Position numbers and translations under genes: made by a program | IMG/VR virus record: IMGVR_UViG_3300025168_000053 | Coordinates: 16,262-80,261 of that record | Strand: one strand, 5' to 3' | From: a virus | Length of the DNA: 64,000 nt | In this document: one piece after another, positions 8,585-21,800 of the stretch | Layout: each line of letters opens with the position of its first letter | Position numbering within the stretch: the first letter of the stretch is position 1 | Notes under the pieces: generated by a model | Told to the model about the DNA's origin: nothing | The model's input: only the letters and a program-made list of their open reading frames with translations | Database searches by the model: none

Positions 8585-10942
8585 ATGGGGCTTCACAGAA
8601 TCAAGAGCAAAGCCATTCGTTTCAATGGTTTTACGGATGGAATAGTCGTTCCAACAGGGCAATTCAAAGAATCGGGAGTCAATTTACTCCGCCCAACATA
8701 CGCAGGTGGATCGGCAACCACCACCAGTCAAGCAACCAAAATTGGTCGAAAACATTTGCCAAATGAAACGAACCCTCTCAATAACATATTGGGTGCATTT
8801 ACAATCAATGCTTACGTTGTTCCAAATTATGGTGGAACTGTTGTTGTTAAGCCAGAATGTTTTGAACTGAAAGTGGGCGACCCTTTCAAAGCAGCACCAA
8901 TTCAGTTCTCTATACATTGTATTGGCAGGGTTTTTACTTTGATTACCCCCTTTGACGTTAATACATTGATGGAATCTCATTCAGGGGCATATACTGGGGG
9001 TGAACACCTTCCAAATGACCTATCCGAAGGGGCGCAACCATTGATGCTCATTACTGCTCAATTTACAGGAGATGCAATGCGTTTGTATGTCAATACAAAT
9101 CTTGTTGCTTCATTGAATCTAATTGAACAGCGTATTTTAGATAACGTTTCATCGGATTTGTTTATCGGCGGGAGAGGGGGAGAGTTTCGAGGTATAATCG
9201 AAAGTATTCGCATTGACAGTGGCGAAGATATGCCAATCCTCGCCCCATTATCGGTTATTGATGATACACTGGGTTTTTGGGATTTTGAAGATGAGTTGCA
9301 TATACCCAATTTACATTTTTTCAATAACAGAAACGAAGCCACGCCGTATCAAGGAAGAGATGGAACTTCCGATCACAAAGAGAACTTTGAATTGCCTTTG
9401 GTTTTTATTGGATATGATTTTCAAAACATCAACGATTTGGGATATTTCAAGGTATATCAAAAGCCAGCACATCCAAACGGCAACGATGACTCATACTCAG
9501 CATTGGAAAAAATTGCTTCTTTTGCTACGGGAATTGAACTTGAAAAAATAAAAGAACAAACATGGTTTTCCACTTCTTTGAACTTAAACGCATACGCTTA
9601 CGGAACTAACATTGGAACGTTGGATTACTTAGCATCGGATCGAATTAAGCATTCAACGTTAAACGCAGTTATCAATCAATCTGGAACGCACCCAATAACT
9701 GGCCTTGCTAAAAGTGCAAGTGGTCGTTTAATCAATATGACATCAGGCTCGGACATAGCACTTGCCAATATCGCTGATTTAGATCCGATGGTTAATCCAA
9801 TTGAAAGAGTTCGGATTATCGCTCTCGATTTTGCTAATGACAGAATTATTTGTCAATCCGTTCACCTTGCTAATGATGCTACAAGCGGGGCTACAACCGA
9901 TAATCACCCAAAGGGTCAAGGAATGTTATTCGATCATGATGACGGAACTCCAATTTGGTTGGTTTTAGGGAATGCTGATTTGGTTATTGACGATGGGAAT
10001 AAAACGACATCGGCGGCGGTTGGGGGTCAAGTCACAAGACAAAAAGATGCTTTTACAAGAGCCATTTTTACTCAAGGGCAAAGATTCAATGATAAAAGCG
10101 GAAATGGCAATACTGCTTTTTTTACTTCAATTCAAAGTCGAATACCTTCAACTCTTGCAGCCTCACCGCCTTCAACTGAGGTATCATTGCCCGACCCCCC
10201 AAAGTTCAGTTCTTCATTGATTATGTGGCTTCCAGTAAGTGCTTTGACTGGTTTATCGGATGGGGCGACAGTCACGCATCTTCCCGATTATAGCGGGAAT
10301 GATTTTGGAGTTTATACCGTAGGAACATGGGCTTATGAGGCTCAAAGTGCAGTATTCAATTCATTCCCTGCATTGAAAATTACCTCAGCAACGGGCGCAT
10401 TGGTCAATATCGGAACTAACGATGGTGAATCAAAGCAAATAACTCACGATCTCACTACAAATGGTTTTACTGCCTTTTTCATGGTTCAAAGACCGTCTGG
10501 AACGTTAAGTGCAAATTATGATTTGATAGGGGAAAACGCTTCCACGCAAAAGACGTTTTTCGGACAAGACCCAAACCCCGATAAGTTCTTTTTGACAAAT
10601 CATGGGGCAACTACAATTGTAAGTGGTGCGAACTTGACTCAAGCAGGTTTGTTTTCAATCACCTTCAATCACACAACGACCAATGCGACACTTCATCATC
10701 ATTCAAATGCAGGTGGAACTTTTGTTGGAAAGGTTGTCGCAAATTATCGCTTTGACAATCGTTTGTTTGGTCTTTTCGGCAGGGCTTTAAGCACCAACCC
10801 TGCCGCTAAAACAGGAACGGCAAGCGATAAAGCCCCCCAAAATATGAGATTGGCTGAGTTCTTGCTCTATGACAGGGTTCTTACAGATGCGGAAAGACTT
10901 CAAGTTCAAGGTTATTTTATTGACAAATACACGGTGATATGA
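8585..10942 (+). CDS. Tail protein with LamG/concanavalin A-like domains
   Basis: N-terminal MRLYVNTNLVA..LFIGGRGGEFRGIIESIRI and C-terminal LIMWL..AEFLLYDRVLTDAERLQVQGYFIDKY. Start moved to ATG 8585, after the upstream stop. Confidence 0.7.
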   Translation: MGLHRIKSKAIRFNGFTDGIVVPTGQFKESGVNLLRPTYAGGSATTTSQATKIGRKHLPNETNPLNNILGAFTINAYVVPNYGGTVVVKPECFELKVGDPFKAAPIQFSIHCIGRVFTLITPFDVNTLMESHSGAYTGGEHLPNDLSEGAQPLMLITAQFTGDAMRLYVNTNLVASLNLIEQRILDNVSSDLFIGGRGGEFRGIIESIRIDSGEDMPILAPLSVIDDTLGFWDFEDELHIPNLHFFNNRNEATPYQGRDGTSDHKENFELPLVFIGYDFQNINDLGYFKVYQKPAHPNGNDDSYSALEKIASFATGIELEKIKEQTWFSTSLNLNAYAYGTNIGTLDYLASDRIKHSTLNAVINQSGTHPITGLAKSASGRLINMTSGSDIALANIADLDPMVNPIERVRIIALDFANDRIICQSVHLANDATSGATTDNHPKGQGMLFDHDDGTPIWLVLGNADLVIDDGNKTTSAAVGGQVTRQKDAFTRAIFTQGQRFNDKSGNGNTAFFTSIQSRIPSTLAASPPSTEVSLPDPPKFSSSLIMWLPVSALTGLSDGATVTHLPDYSGNDFGVYTVGTWAYEAQSAVFNSFPALKITSATGALVNIGTNDGESKQITHDLTTNGFTAFFMVQRPSGTLSANYDLIGENASTQKTFFGQDPNPDKFFLTNHGATTIVSGANLTQAGLFSITFNHTTTNATLHHHSNAGGTFVGKVVANYRFDNRLFGLFGRALSTNPAAKTGTASDKAPQNMRLAEFLLYDRVLTDAERLQVQGYFIDKYTVI

Positions 10943-13900
10943 TGGTTGATCTCAAAGAATCCAATGAAGACGGACTGGCTGGAATGTCAGGAATGACCGC
11001 ATACAACAGGGTTGATGGAGAGTTTTTCTTACATCAAATGCCGATTCCAGAAGAACAGGTGGTGAAGCAAACAATTCAAGGCGTTGTTGATGAGTTCATT
11101 TATTCCAGCGAAGAAGTCTCTCTTCAATCAATTCTAAAACAAAATGAGCCAGTCAAGATAACAGAAAACACATACATTGGTGAAACAAAGTCGGTTTATA
11201 ACCGAACTGAAACATCATACTCAACCGATTCAGGCGGCGATCCTTTCAACCGAATTATCATTCAAGGTGGTGCAGGTTCTTATGATGAAACATTGGCTAC
11301 AAATCTATCAGCATCAGTTCACGATGAGATAATTGCAGTTGCGGTTGATGACATAAGGCCATTTTTAATCAAGGGTCTTGATACAGATTACACAGGCGAA
11401 ATTAAAAACGACAAACCAACAAATGACGGCTACATTAAGCACTTAACCCCTACGGATCGAACTGTTATTGCATCAATTAAATCCCCTGCTATACTTACCT
11501 CAGCAGGTGGTCCAAGTCGCATATTGGTGTATTATGATGCAATTGATTTGACGGGAGAAGTTGTTGCTGGAACAGGTTTGACTCCTTCTCAAGTCAATCC
11601 TCGAATTAGGCCATATCATGTTCAAAGCAATAAACCATATTTGGTTGTAAAAAAGACTGTTCCATCTGGTTCAACACTGTTCAATATAGCGGGAACATAC
11701 CGTTCATTATCCGATATTTTGTTGAAACCCTACACCTCGGCACCTGGAACTGCTTCGGATGTTCAGTTGGAAGTTATTGCAGCAGGGGGCATTGTTGAAA
11801 TACCAACACAAGATTTCAAACGACCTATCAAATCTCATTTATTGAAGGCTCATGGTTTCGATGGTTCTTTTCCATCACCTTTCATCAACATTGAAAATTG
11901 CGTTTTAACCATAAAGGATGGTTTATCTGGATATGGTCGGCCTAAAGCAATTGAAAACACCAATACTCCCGATCCAACCGCCAATCCCTCACATCACGTT
12001 ATGACTGTTTCATCATCCGTTGGAGAAAACCTTACTGCTTACACAGGAACAACACAAACCCCTTCATCTTTCGCACGTTCCTCTTTACAAGTGTTCAACA
12101 TTCTTGATAATGAAATAACGCAAAATCAACATTTCATTTTAGTTGCACCAGCAAATCCCAACCGTTATGCTGGACTTGAAGACTTCTTATCGGCATCGGA
12201 ATCAGTAAATCCGCCATTGATTACAATTGAAATTGCTTTACTCAATGGTCGTGCGGAAGAGTTCAACACTTTGATTGGAAACGAGGGCGCAAGCCTTGAG
12301 ATAAGAGGCCGTTCAAACCTAATGGATGTGACCGATTCGGAGATCAAGCGCAACTTAAATCTTGGTGAAACAACTCCACTTAAAGAAATTGGGGATTTAG
12401 GAACTCCTACTGTCTCAATGACTTTAGGAGGTGTCGGTCAAGGTGGTGTTGATGTCAAGACTCAGCGAACTGAGCATGATTCATTAAAAGGATGGAAGGA
12501 TAAAATTGTCAGTTCTGGCAACGTTTCAGTTCGCAATGATAAGCAAACATCAACTGATTACGCATCAACACGTGCTTTGGTTGAGTTGCCTATTTTTCCG
12601 ACAATGTTTTTCGATAAAAAGGGGTTGTATGAGGAAATTGATGGAATTACAACGGGAGTCCACGCAAGAGGTAAAGAGTTCAAGATCGGAATTGATTGCA
12701 CTATGACGGCAATGAATCGGGTTCAAATGCAAACCTATGAGGCTCGAAATGCTGTTGATTGGGGGGCAGTTGGAGGGGCTACAATTACTTACAATGATCG
12801 AACCGCTTTGAGTAAAACAGATACCCCTTATTCATTTGGTTTGAAAGCGATTCACCCTAAGATTCAAGCCGTCATTGCGTCTATTGGAACGCCTGGGGCT
12901 GCAATAGATTACATCACTGTGGATAGTGTTGATGCCTTTGTAAATGACACCTTACAAGGCGTTGGCGGTATAAATCGAAATACAAGTTCAGGGGAACTGG
13001 GGCAAAAGTTCTATGTTCTTGTTGGGCAAGGAGAAGTTTCAGCAACAAGCACTTATGATTTAAGTTATGCAACTTACTTCCACATGAGGGTTTGGAAAAT
13101 TGATACCTCGAACAACCGTCTTTACATTGACAAGGCTTTTTTGCGCCACCCAAGAGCCGACATTACACAAAATCTTACTTCATCTTCACCTGCGGCATCA
13201 GCACTATTGCGAGTTGGAATGTCAGTTCAAATGGGCGGCGTTATTGTCAATAATTTAGCATCACATAACGCTGAAATGGCGGTTGATTGGGGGAATGCAA
13301 ATATCCCCGCCGCCGCAATTCAAACGGCTATCCAAGAATGCGTTGGCATGTCTTCCTCAATTTGTTCATTTCAAGGGACAACTCATGAACTTGGGATGGG
13401 TTGCCTCGAATGGGATGTTTTCAATGAATGGGGGCATGACAACAACAGGCAGTTGAAAGAACCAATTGAAGTAAAAAGTGTTTCAAACGGTTTGGCGGGG
13501 ATTAAAAGTGATGGAACAGGACTCACCTCAGTTCAAGTTCAACATATCAATTTTCGACATATCGCCTTAAAATCCGCCAGTTTTGAAGAAGCCGTGAATA
13601 ATTTGATTCGTAAAATAAACATGGCGGGTCATCCAGATGCAATTGAGATCGGTATTTTCGATGCGAATGATGCGGATTTGACACCAGGAAGTGCTTACAC
13701 ATCCCACATGGGTTATGTTCGTGCCTTCTTAGGTGATGCCGTTGAATCAAGAGATGGTGAAGACGGAGTTTCTATTGTCATTCATAGCACAGTTCCAGGT
13801 GCGTCAGGTCGCAACTTTGCTGTCACACTATCAAACGACTCATATTATCCTTATCGCCCAATTCAGGCTTTTGGTCATGGTGGCTTATTGGCTACAAATA

Positions 13901-15882
13901 GCAGATCATACCAATTGAACTCATTCCCTGCACCTATGCCTATTGGTGCTGATGGAGAAACATACGCCCCAATAACGACATTTACTGGGGCGGTTCACGG
14001 ACCAATTACCCACCCCCATGATGCTTTGAATACGCAAAGAACTTACAATGGCATTGGGCAAAGAATGACAGTCACGACTAAGGCAACGAGTTCGACACTT
14101 AGCGCACCCTATTCATGGGATGCTGGAAATAATCGAATGAGTTATGTGGTTGTTGATGGGAAGGCTGCGGATTACAGAATGAGGGCGAATGGAACTGGCA
14201 AAGGAGGCATTGTGAGAATCAATGGTCGGTATGCAACCTTTGACGATTTAAGAGTAAATTATGACTCAACCGTTTATAATCATGATGAGATGTATTTTAT
14301 CAACGTCACACCATTGATTGAACCTGATAAGTTTGAAGACAGTTTCAAGAACTCAGGAGGAACAAATGTGACAGGTCTTGAGGTTGAAATTGTATATCCC
14401 TTGATGGATTCGGAAGGAATCATTTTCTTTGGTGGAGGGCATACTGGCCTTACATTCGACATAAGCGATGGATCGAAAAACGATTATTCCAATTTTTACA
14501 AACACCCGCTTGCCAACGGACCAACTGGTTTTTCTGGTTTCCAAAATCTCGGCAGATTCAGCCAAGCCCATGCTGTATTGGATTTTACCGATATTGTCAA
14601 TGAAGATACAATCAATGACGATACGCTTAGAGGGCTACATCATAAAACCATATTTAATTCAAACAATGAGCCAGAAGGAAAGTGTGCTTTCTATTGTCGT
14701 GTCGCTAATGGCGTTCATATTGGAGAGGATGTGTTTTACAATCCCTCCGCTTCTGGATCCGCAGCAGCGACCTACAATATGCACACTTCAAACGGAGTTC
14801 AACCAGGAATGAGAGAGGAACTTTACAATCGAAAGGTAAGACTCTCAGGTGACTTTGTTAATGATCTTGCAGGTCCAACGAATGGAACAGAAGTCACTCC
14901 AACGGGGGCATCTTTAGACATTAAAGAGTTCATGTTCGGCCATTCAATTGCTCTTTTCAACAATAACGGTGGAACAATCGAACATGAACATGGAGAAGTC
15001 AAAGATTTTGTTGTAGCAGGGAATACGGATTGGTGCGTGTCATGTGTTGTTAAACAAGGGTCGCATCAGCCATATTATCCAACTGGTCCAATTTGGCATG
15101 GAATTACGAATGATGGAACTACGGCTGGAAAGCCGTATGGATTGCATTTAGGGGCGCAACCAACTACTGCCAGCCCTGGTGCAGCAAACGTATTCCCAAT
15201 CACTTTTGCGATCTCATATCCAAAGCCAGTTGGGAGTCCAGTCGCAGTTAGCGTTCTTTGCCCTGCCGCAACGCCATCTGGAACTGTTGAAATCCGAGGT
15301 GGCGGTTGGACTTTCATAATGGCTGGAAGAGTCGGAGGTTTGTCATTTTTGTATTTAGGAAATACTGCGGGGATTACAAATCCATTGTCAGGGGCAAGCG
15401 AAGTGGGTATTTTTGATTATTCGGATTTTCTTTTGAATACGACAGATAACAATTATCTTGTAGGGATAGGTCCAAACGCAAGATCTTCATTTGATACTCG
15501 TTCCAATTCATACGGAGGGGGTGTTCCCGATCACCCTAATGTTTCAGCAGGTCAAAACACAATAAGAGATATTGATATGACTTTGATTGGAGGTGCTTTA
15601 ATTGGTGCGCCTTTCATCCATCACCTTGCGCCAACTACGACTCAAGGAGGGCATACACAGCCACCAATTTCAGGCTATTTTACTGAACTTGCCTCCCCTA
15701 CACAAACCTATGGGGTTGTTGCTGCTCAAGCATTTGGTTCAGGAACGGCAACTCATGGCACTGGAACAAACCATGCTGGACCAATTCATTTCAACGGATA
15801 TTTAGGCGAAGTTGCTTTATGGAAGCGCAGTTTGTCATTTGCTGAGGCGCAAGAATGGTTCAACTCCAGAACCGTGTGGTGA
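10939..15882 (+). CDS. Large tail/adhesin protein (1647 aa) with C-terminal LamG-like domain
   Basis: Gly/Thr/Ser-rich; ends in FNGYLGEVALWKRSLS; ATGA overlap with upstream gene. Confidence 0.65.
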   Translation: MMVDLKESNEDGLAGMSGMTAYNRVDGEFFLHQMPIPEEQVVKQTIQGVVDEFIYSSEEVSLQSILKQNEPVKITENTYIGETKSVYNRTETSYSTDSGGDPFNRIIIQGGAGSYDETLATNLSASVHDEIIAVAVDDIRPFLIKGLDTDYTGEIKNDKPTNDGYIKHLTPTDRTVIASIKSPAILTSAGGPSRILVYYDAIDLTGEVVAGTGLTPSQVNPRIRPYHVQSNKPYLVVKKTVPSGSTLFNIAGTYRSLSDILLKPYTSAPGTASDVQLEVIAAGGIVEIPTQDFKRPIKSHLLKAHGFDGSFPSPFINIENCVLTIKDGLSGYGRPKAIENTNTPDPTANPSHHVMTVSSSVGENLTAYTGTTQTPSSFARSSLQVFNILDNEITQNQHFILVAPANPNRYAGLEDFLSASESVNPPLITIEIALLNGRAEEFNTLIGNEGASLEIRGRSNLMDVTDSEIKRNLNLGETTPLKEIGDLGTPTVSMTLGGVGQGGVDVKTQRTEHDSLKGWKDKIVSSGNVSVRNDKQTSTDYASTRALVELPIFPTMFFDKKGLYEEIDGITTGVHARGKEFKIGIDCTMTAMNRVQMQTYEARNAVDWGAVGGATITYNDRTALSKTDTPYSFGLKAIHPKIQAVIASIGTPGAAIDYITVDSVDAFVNDTLQGVGGINRNTSSGELGQKFYVLVGQGEVSATSTYDLSYATYFHMRVWKIDTSNNRLYIDKAFLRHPRADITQNLTSSSPAASALLRVGMSVQMGGVIVNNLASHNAEMAVDWGNANIPAAAIQTAIQECVGMSSSICSFQGTTHELGMGCLEWDVFNEWGHDNNRQLKEPIEVKSVSNGLAGIKSDGTGLTSVQVQHINFRHIALKSASFEEAVNNLIRKINMAGHPDAIEIGIFDANDADLTPGSAYTSHMGYVRAFLGDAVESRDGEDGVSIVIHSTVPGASGRNFAVTLSNDSYYPYRPIQAFGHGGLLATNSRSYQLNSFPAPMPIGADGETYAPITTFTGAVHGPITHPHDALNTQRTYNGIGQRMTVTTKATSSTLSAPYSWDAGNNRMSYVVVDGKAADYRMRANGTGKGGIVRINGRYATFDDLRVNYDSTVYNHDEMYFINVTPLIEPDKFEDSFKNSGGTNVTGLEVEIVYPLMDSEGIIFFGGGHTGLTFDISDGSKNDYSNFYKHPLANGPTGFSGFQNLGRFSQAHAVLDFTDIVNEDTINDDTLRGLHHKTIFNSNNEPEGKCAFYCRVANGVHIGEDVFYNPSASGSAAATYNMHTSNGVQPGMREELYNRKVRLSGDFVNDLAGPTNGTEVTPTGASLDIKEFMFGHSIALFNNNGGTIEHEHGEVKDFVVAGNTDWCVSCVVKQGSHQPYYPTGPIWHGITNDGTTAGKPYGLHLGAQPTTASPGAANVFPITFAISYPKPVGSPVAVSVLCPAATPSGTVEIRGGGWTFIMAGRVGGLSFLYLGNTAGITNPLSGASEVGIFDYSDFLLNTTDNNYLVGIGPNARSSFDTRSNSYGGGVPDHPNVSAGQNTIRDIDMTLIGGALIGAPFIHHLAPTTTQGGHTQPPISGYFTELASPTQTYGVVAAQAFGSGTATHGTGTNHAGPIHFNGYLGEVALWKRSLSFAEAQEWFNSRTVW

Positions 15883-15888
15883 TGATTT

Positions 15889-18800
15889 ATGGCTGAAACC
15901 TTTTCACGTGTTCTTGAACCCGCTAAGAATGAATCTTGGGGAAGCACAAGCACTGGAAAATACCCGTCTGGCGTATTTGCGATACACCTTACTTACCCCG
16001 ATACTGGATATTTAGACAGCGTGACAAATTGGGTATCTGGAACTAATACAGGGAGTTGGAAACAAGGACTTACAGTGCTTGTAAAAACACCATTAGCCGC
16101 CACAGGTTCAACAATAGCGGAAGCATCCAATGGAAACGTTATCGCTGTTGATTTGAAAGCGGCGGCTACGGCGGCTCTCACTGGTGATGGGAGTTGGGAT
16201 TTAGGATCGGAAAATGCAACCCGTATGATTGCCGCTAAAATCAATTCAAGACGAATAAAAATGATTGGCGGTCATAGTCGGACAAAATACTTGAAAGCAA
16301 CTTATGTTCGTCAATCTTTGCCTCATAAATACCAAGTTTTGAGCGCAAGGGCTGGTGCTGGTTCAGCAAACGTTATCAATTTAGAATTGGCAACGTGTAG
16401 TCGAAGTGGATTCCCAACTGAATTGAAAAACGATTTTATTTTACGGGTTGAAAATGCAAGCAGCACGAAAAATGTCACTAACGGTGATTATCAAAATCCC
16501 GCTTTGAGGTGGCTACGATCTCCCGATGGAGGGGCGTTTAATGCGGTTGTTGAAGCAACTATTGGTTCTTCAAATATCAATGGATCTCCAACAGGCGGGT
16601 TAGCACTTGCAGGTGATGTCTTAAACAACGATTTCACACTTATTGGCGAATCTCCAAAACATACAATTGTCCTTTCATGGCTTCATAAAGGTCCAACAGA
16701 TGGGGATTATTGGGGTGAGCAAAACGGAGGTCCATTTATTCAAGGAATGGGGGCAATCGGAGTTCATCGTTTAGTCGCAAAACCGATGGATGGCGGGAAT
16801 AGAGGAATACCTGCTGTTAATTATTCTTCATCAAATGGTAAGGCGGCAACAGCGCATACTACGGGAGAAGGATTCAACCGTTTTTCAATTGAAGGTCTTA
16901 ACTCATGCAATATGCCTGATATGCCCCCCCCTGATTTTCATTCTATATACCCTACAATTCGAGGTATCACGACAGTTCATCCAAATGCAAAGACGGATGC
17001 GGTGACAAATAACAGATTGAGAATACAGCCATTGGAATATGGAACTGAGTTCCCGATAATGGGAACCGCAGGTGGTCAAGGGATTGGCGTTGAAACAGGC
17101 TATAACCACGCATTTTCTGGAACGGATGCTCAAGCCTATGTTCCGACAGGTTCTAATGGCATTCACATCAAAAATATATCCGTTTCAAATACCAATTATA
17201 TTGCGTCAATCTCAAGTTCATTATTCTCGGATTCGGGCTATGCACGTGAGATAATGACGACTATGACCGTGAATGATGAAAAGGTCATTGGTTTTCAAAT
17301 CAGCAATGAAGAACGTGTTTTTGAGGACATCGAAGTTATTGATGATTTAGGGAATACAATGACCCTTAATGGTGGCTCACCCTTTGGAACTGTTATTCGA
17401 GATTACAAAATAACAAATGAAAGAGAAGATAAATCAACTGGCAACCTATTTTTAGGTCCATCAAACCCTGGTGGTGAAGTTGAACCGAACTTGCGAATCC
17501 AACTCCCAAAGCAAGAAGATATTCCTGGTGGCATATTTGTCCGAAGCGGTCATGATCGTGTGCAAGCATGGTCGAATCAATCATGGGGCATGGGTGGCCT
17601 TTCAGCACCAAATCCGCAAGTGGCAGGTATTCTTGAAGCAGATGGAAAACCTTCTCAGTATGACACCCATGACCGTTCTTTGATTTTTCATTGTCAGCGA
17701 ATTATCGGAGATCACATTGAAGACATATTCGGATTATCAGCGAATCAAGAAAATGGCGGTGCATCATCAGGAGAAACCCGCATCTTTTCAGCACATCGGG
17801 CATCTGATCATGTGGAAAGAGGAAGCCTTCTAAGACAGACAAATAATGGAGTCGAAACAGGCAATTTATTCCCCCATCACAGAATAAGATTTGGAAGACA
17901 GGGGCATTCTTTTGTCATGCCTTTTTGTCATCGTGGAACTCCTATGTCGTTAAGGCGACAATTGCACCGATCTCACGGCTCGGCTTATTCTCTAATGTTT
18001 GAAGGTGAAAGCGAGTATAAGCATCATGGATTTGGAAATGGTGCGGCAACAAATACCTCATCTGTATTCCAACTTGACACCATAGACGTAAAGAACTCAG
18101 GGAGTTTATACGATACTGGGTCTTTTGCATCCGATGGATTACCTCTTGATGAAATCAAAGGAAAAAGACATTTTGATGCCGACGTGAAATACACCTCAGC
18201 GACCCATAGAAGTGTTGCTGATTTCTTATTCGCACCAGGTCAAAAACACACCAATGTTGAAGGAACTCCTGAGTTTGTATCGTTTGCTGAAAGCGGCATT
18301 GATGGTTCAATTCCAACTGGTTCAGCAACTAAATTAAATCTTCAAGGAAGCACTTTTTCTGTAAGAAACAGGCATAATACAGCCAGTGAAGTTATGGTAA
18401 ATGGATTTTTTATCAACAATTATATTGGCATGGGAGGAAGACCTGAGCCAATTAAGATAATGGCGCAAGATTCTCAAAACAACTTCTTTGTTAGAGGCCA
18501 CCATGAAGGAATCATTATACCACGTGTAGCGACTGAATTAGCCACTGTTCCTCCACTATTGGTTCACGATCCAGAAAGGATGAATGCAAGTCGAGATGAC
18601 GGCCAACGTGATTTTGGTTTAATCAAAGGAAGTGAAACCATTTCAGGTGGAACACCAGACGCATTCCTTTGTCATTGGTTGGCTGAGTATAGCCATCCGA
18701 TTTATTTTGGAACTACAAGAGAGCATTACATGACATTCCGTTATCGTGAATCGGGTATGCCACGTGCCGTTAGTTATCCATCTGTAAATGGATTGCTTTT

Positions 18801-21800
18801 ACGCAATCATTCTAATTCAACAACTGAGGGGCAACCTGAAAAGGCTTTGCCATTTGAAAGAATGTATGTTGCTCAATGGCTACAAAATTATGGCTACAAT
18901 GCCCTAAATGCAGGGGGTCATGGGAACGTTGAAGGCTTGAGAGCGTGGAATGCTGTCATGATGGGGCATACAACAATTCGAGAAGCAAATGGAACTATTC
19001 AACTGTATAATCAAAATGGAACTAAACGCCTTTCACGTGGAGAAGGTATTGGAGATTCTTTGAATCCGAGCAGAATACGTGTCGTAAAAGGTATTGACTT
19101 AGATGGTGATTCGGAGGACTTAAACCGCTTATTCTATGTTCCAGAACCTTATGTTGGAATTGATATTAGCCGAAGATTGCCTGTTAGAGCATGGGGAATA
19201 AGAGGTGCAACAAATCCTATCACTATTTTAGGCGGCGATCCTACGGAAAATCAAAACACGTATGCAAATCATCTCCCTGTGAGATTCGATGGTGGGCCAC
19301 AAGACTCACAACAAGAATCGGCTTACCCTATATCGGCGGTGGATGTTTCCTCAATGCCAGTTCCAAGTGGAGGTTCTAATTATGTTGAAAAATCAGTTCC
19401 AGTTGGATTTGTTGCTAATGACTTTACGACTGAGGCTCACCCCTTTGAAAGAAACATAAGGCAAAGCAATGACCCAATTAGGCAACAAGAAGTTCCAATT
19501 GGGATCGGTGCGAGTTTAGGTATTACTCAAAATGGAATGCTCGCCCCTGATGCGATGGCCGCAGGTGCTTGGGATTATGAATTGAATGATTTGAGGCCAG
19601 AAACATTACCCCTTAGCAATCCTGTGTTATGGTTGAAGGCTGATTCTTTGAACTTAGACGATGGCGCATCTGTCGCTTCATGGACTGATTCATCACCCAA
19701 TAAATGGGCATTTACTCAAGGAACTGCCTCAGCGCAACCATCTTTGGTTAAACGTGATGCTGATTTCAACCTAAAACCTCATGTTCATTTCGACGGGGGA
19801 GATAACCTCGCTGTTTCTTTTGATGCAAAATTGAACCCAAATAACATGACTGTTTTTGTTGTATCAACTGTTGATTCGGACAATAACGCATATCATGGAA
19901 TCATAGATAATATGAATGGGAATACTGGGTGGCTTCTTTACGCCAAGATGAGTGGTTCGGACAATTATTGGCAATGGAGAACTGGAACTGGTTCTGGGCA
20001 AACAATAATTTCAGCCGCCGCCGACACCGTAGTTCCAAACACACCTTCGATAGTGACATTGAAAATGCAGGGAAGCAACGGGGCAGGTGGGGGAACAACA
20101 ACTCAAACATTATCTGTTAATGGCAAATCCGAGGCAACATCAAGTGCGGTATTTACTAAGAAAACGGCAACAACAAGCACACCAATGCTCGGCAAAGTCG
20201 GGTCATTCCAATTAACGGGTCAAATGGCCGAGGTGATTATTTATGATCGAGATTTGACTACGGCTGAACAGTATGAAGTTGAAGCATACTTGTCTCGAAA
20301 ATACGGAGTTTCAATATCAACATCGGCATCATCGTCACATACAGGAATACTGCACCCAGTTGATACAATCCCAATCAACAAAGGGAGTGATCCTTTCATT
20401 GACCTTGTTCAAAGAAGTGGAAGCCCAAGTTATCCTCAACAGGATTCAGCAGGTGCATTCTTGACTCCTGATGATAGAAGATTCGGTCATGGAAGCAACT
20501 TTTACCATCTTAGAGGCAACGCTTTACACGCTAACTATCACGCCATAAATGAAACAAAAGGGCGTTTTTCATATCCACCAGGCGGAATTGCTGAGGCCGA
20601 AATCGCTTCAAATGCAATTTCACGTGTGACTCCAGATTTAATGGCTGAAATCTCCGATACACGACAGATACAATCTCGAACAGAACCACGCTTAGGATTG
20701 GTTATGGAGGTTGAAAGTGAGCGTAAAGAAAATAAGAACGTGGATTATGCAGTTGTTGGAACAAGAGCAGTTTCGCTGCATACCGACAAAATGTTGGGTT
20801 ATCAATTCCCAGTTCTTCCATCGCACGTCATAAATACTTACTTCGCAAATAGCGGATTTACGACGAATGGAACAGGTTCAACATCAACGAAACCTGATTT
20901 CTCTAAAAAGCCAACATGGAGTCCAGATTCCAATTCGGCTAAAGGTGATGTGTTGGGGGCATTTTCAAGCGATACGACCAGAAGCGATTTCAAGACTCAC
21001 GCTTTAGACGCTTGGGCTGTTCGTGGCGTTTCCGATCTTCCCGCATGGGGCGGAGTATATATTCTCCGAAAAACATACTTGAGGCGTGAAGAAGATAGCG
21101 ACACTTTGAGAACAGAAGTGGATGGCGGCAATGGAAAGGCAACTCCTTCTCACCCAACCAGAAGGTATGTTGATTACATTGTAAGACCTGTAAGGCCGTT
21201 GAAAATGTTTGGTTTTGCATCCGATGTATTACAAGACGGTTGGACTCTCGGACCAAGATGTAAGATTTCAACGGCTGGATTTAATCATCAGCCGTTTGCA
21301 CGTGACAAGCGGTATGGAATCTTTGAAATGAATGCTTTGAGAGGGGTCAATGGCATCGAACCTATCACCTCCGCAACCTCGGCCTTTACAATGGATTATC
21401 CAGATGCAAACGATTACGACGTGACTTGGCATCTCATACCTACTGCAAATATGCTTCAACATTTCAAATCCGATGCACACCGATTCGATGATTCAGGAGA
21501 GTTTAACTCAAAGATTGAGGCTCGCTATTCACAAGCAACTCATACTGGCGGTGGCGAACCAGTCTATCAGTCGGAAACCAAGTATTCAGTTCAAAATGGA
21601 ATAATGGGAGATCATTCAATACACGCCAAAGAATCAAAAGCAACACAAGCAAAACAAGCGTTGAGGATTTACCCAAATGTCACCGTAGTTGCTCATAAAG
21701 GGGGAAGCGTGTATTCAGTTGATGAAGGATCGGTTCTTCCAGCAGCAGGTTATCTCCTTGCCCTTGATTTCAAAGGGCTTTTGAAATACACACGTTCTGG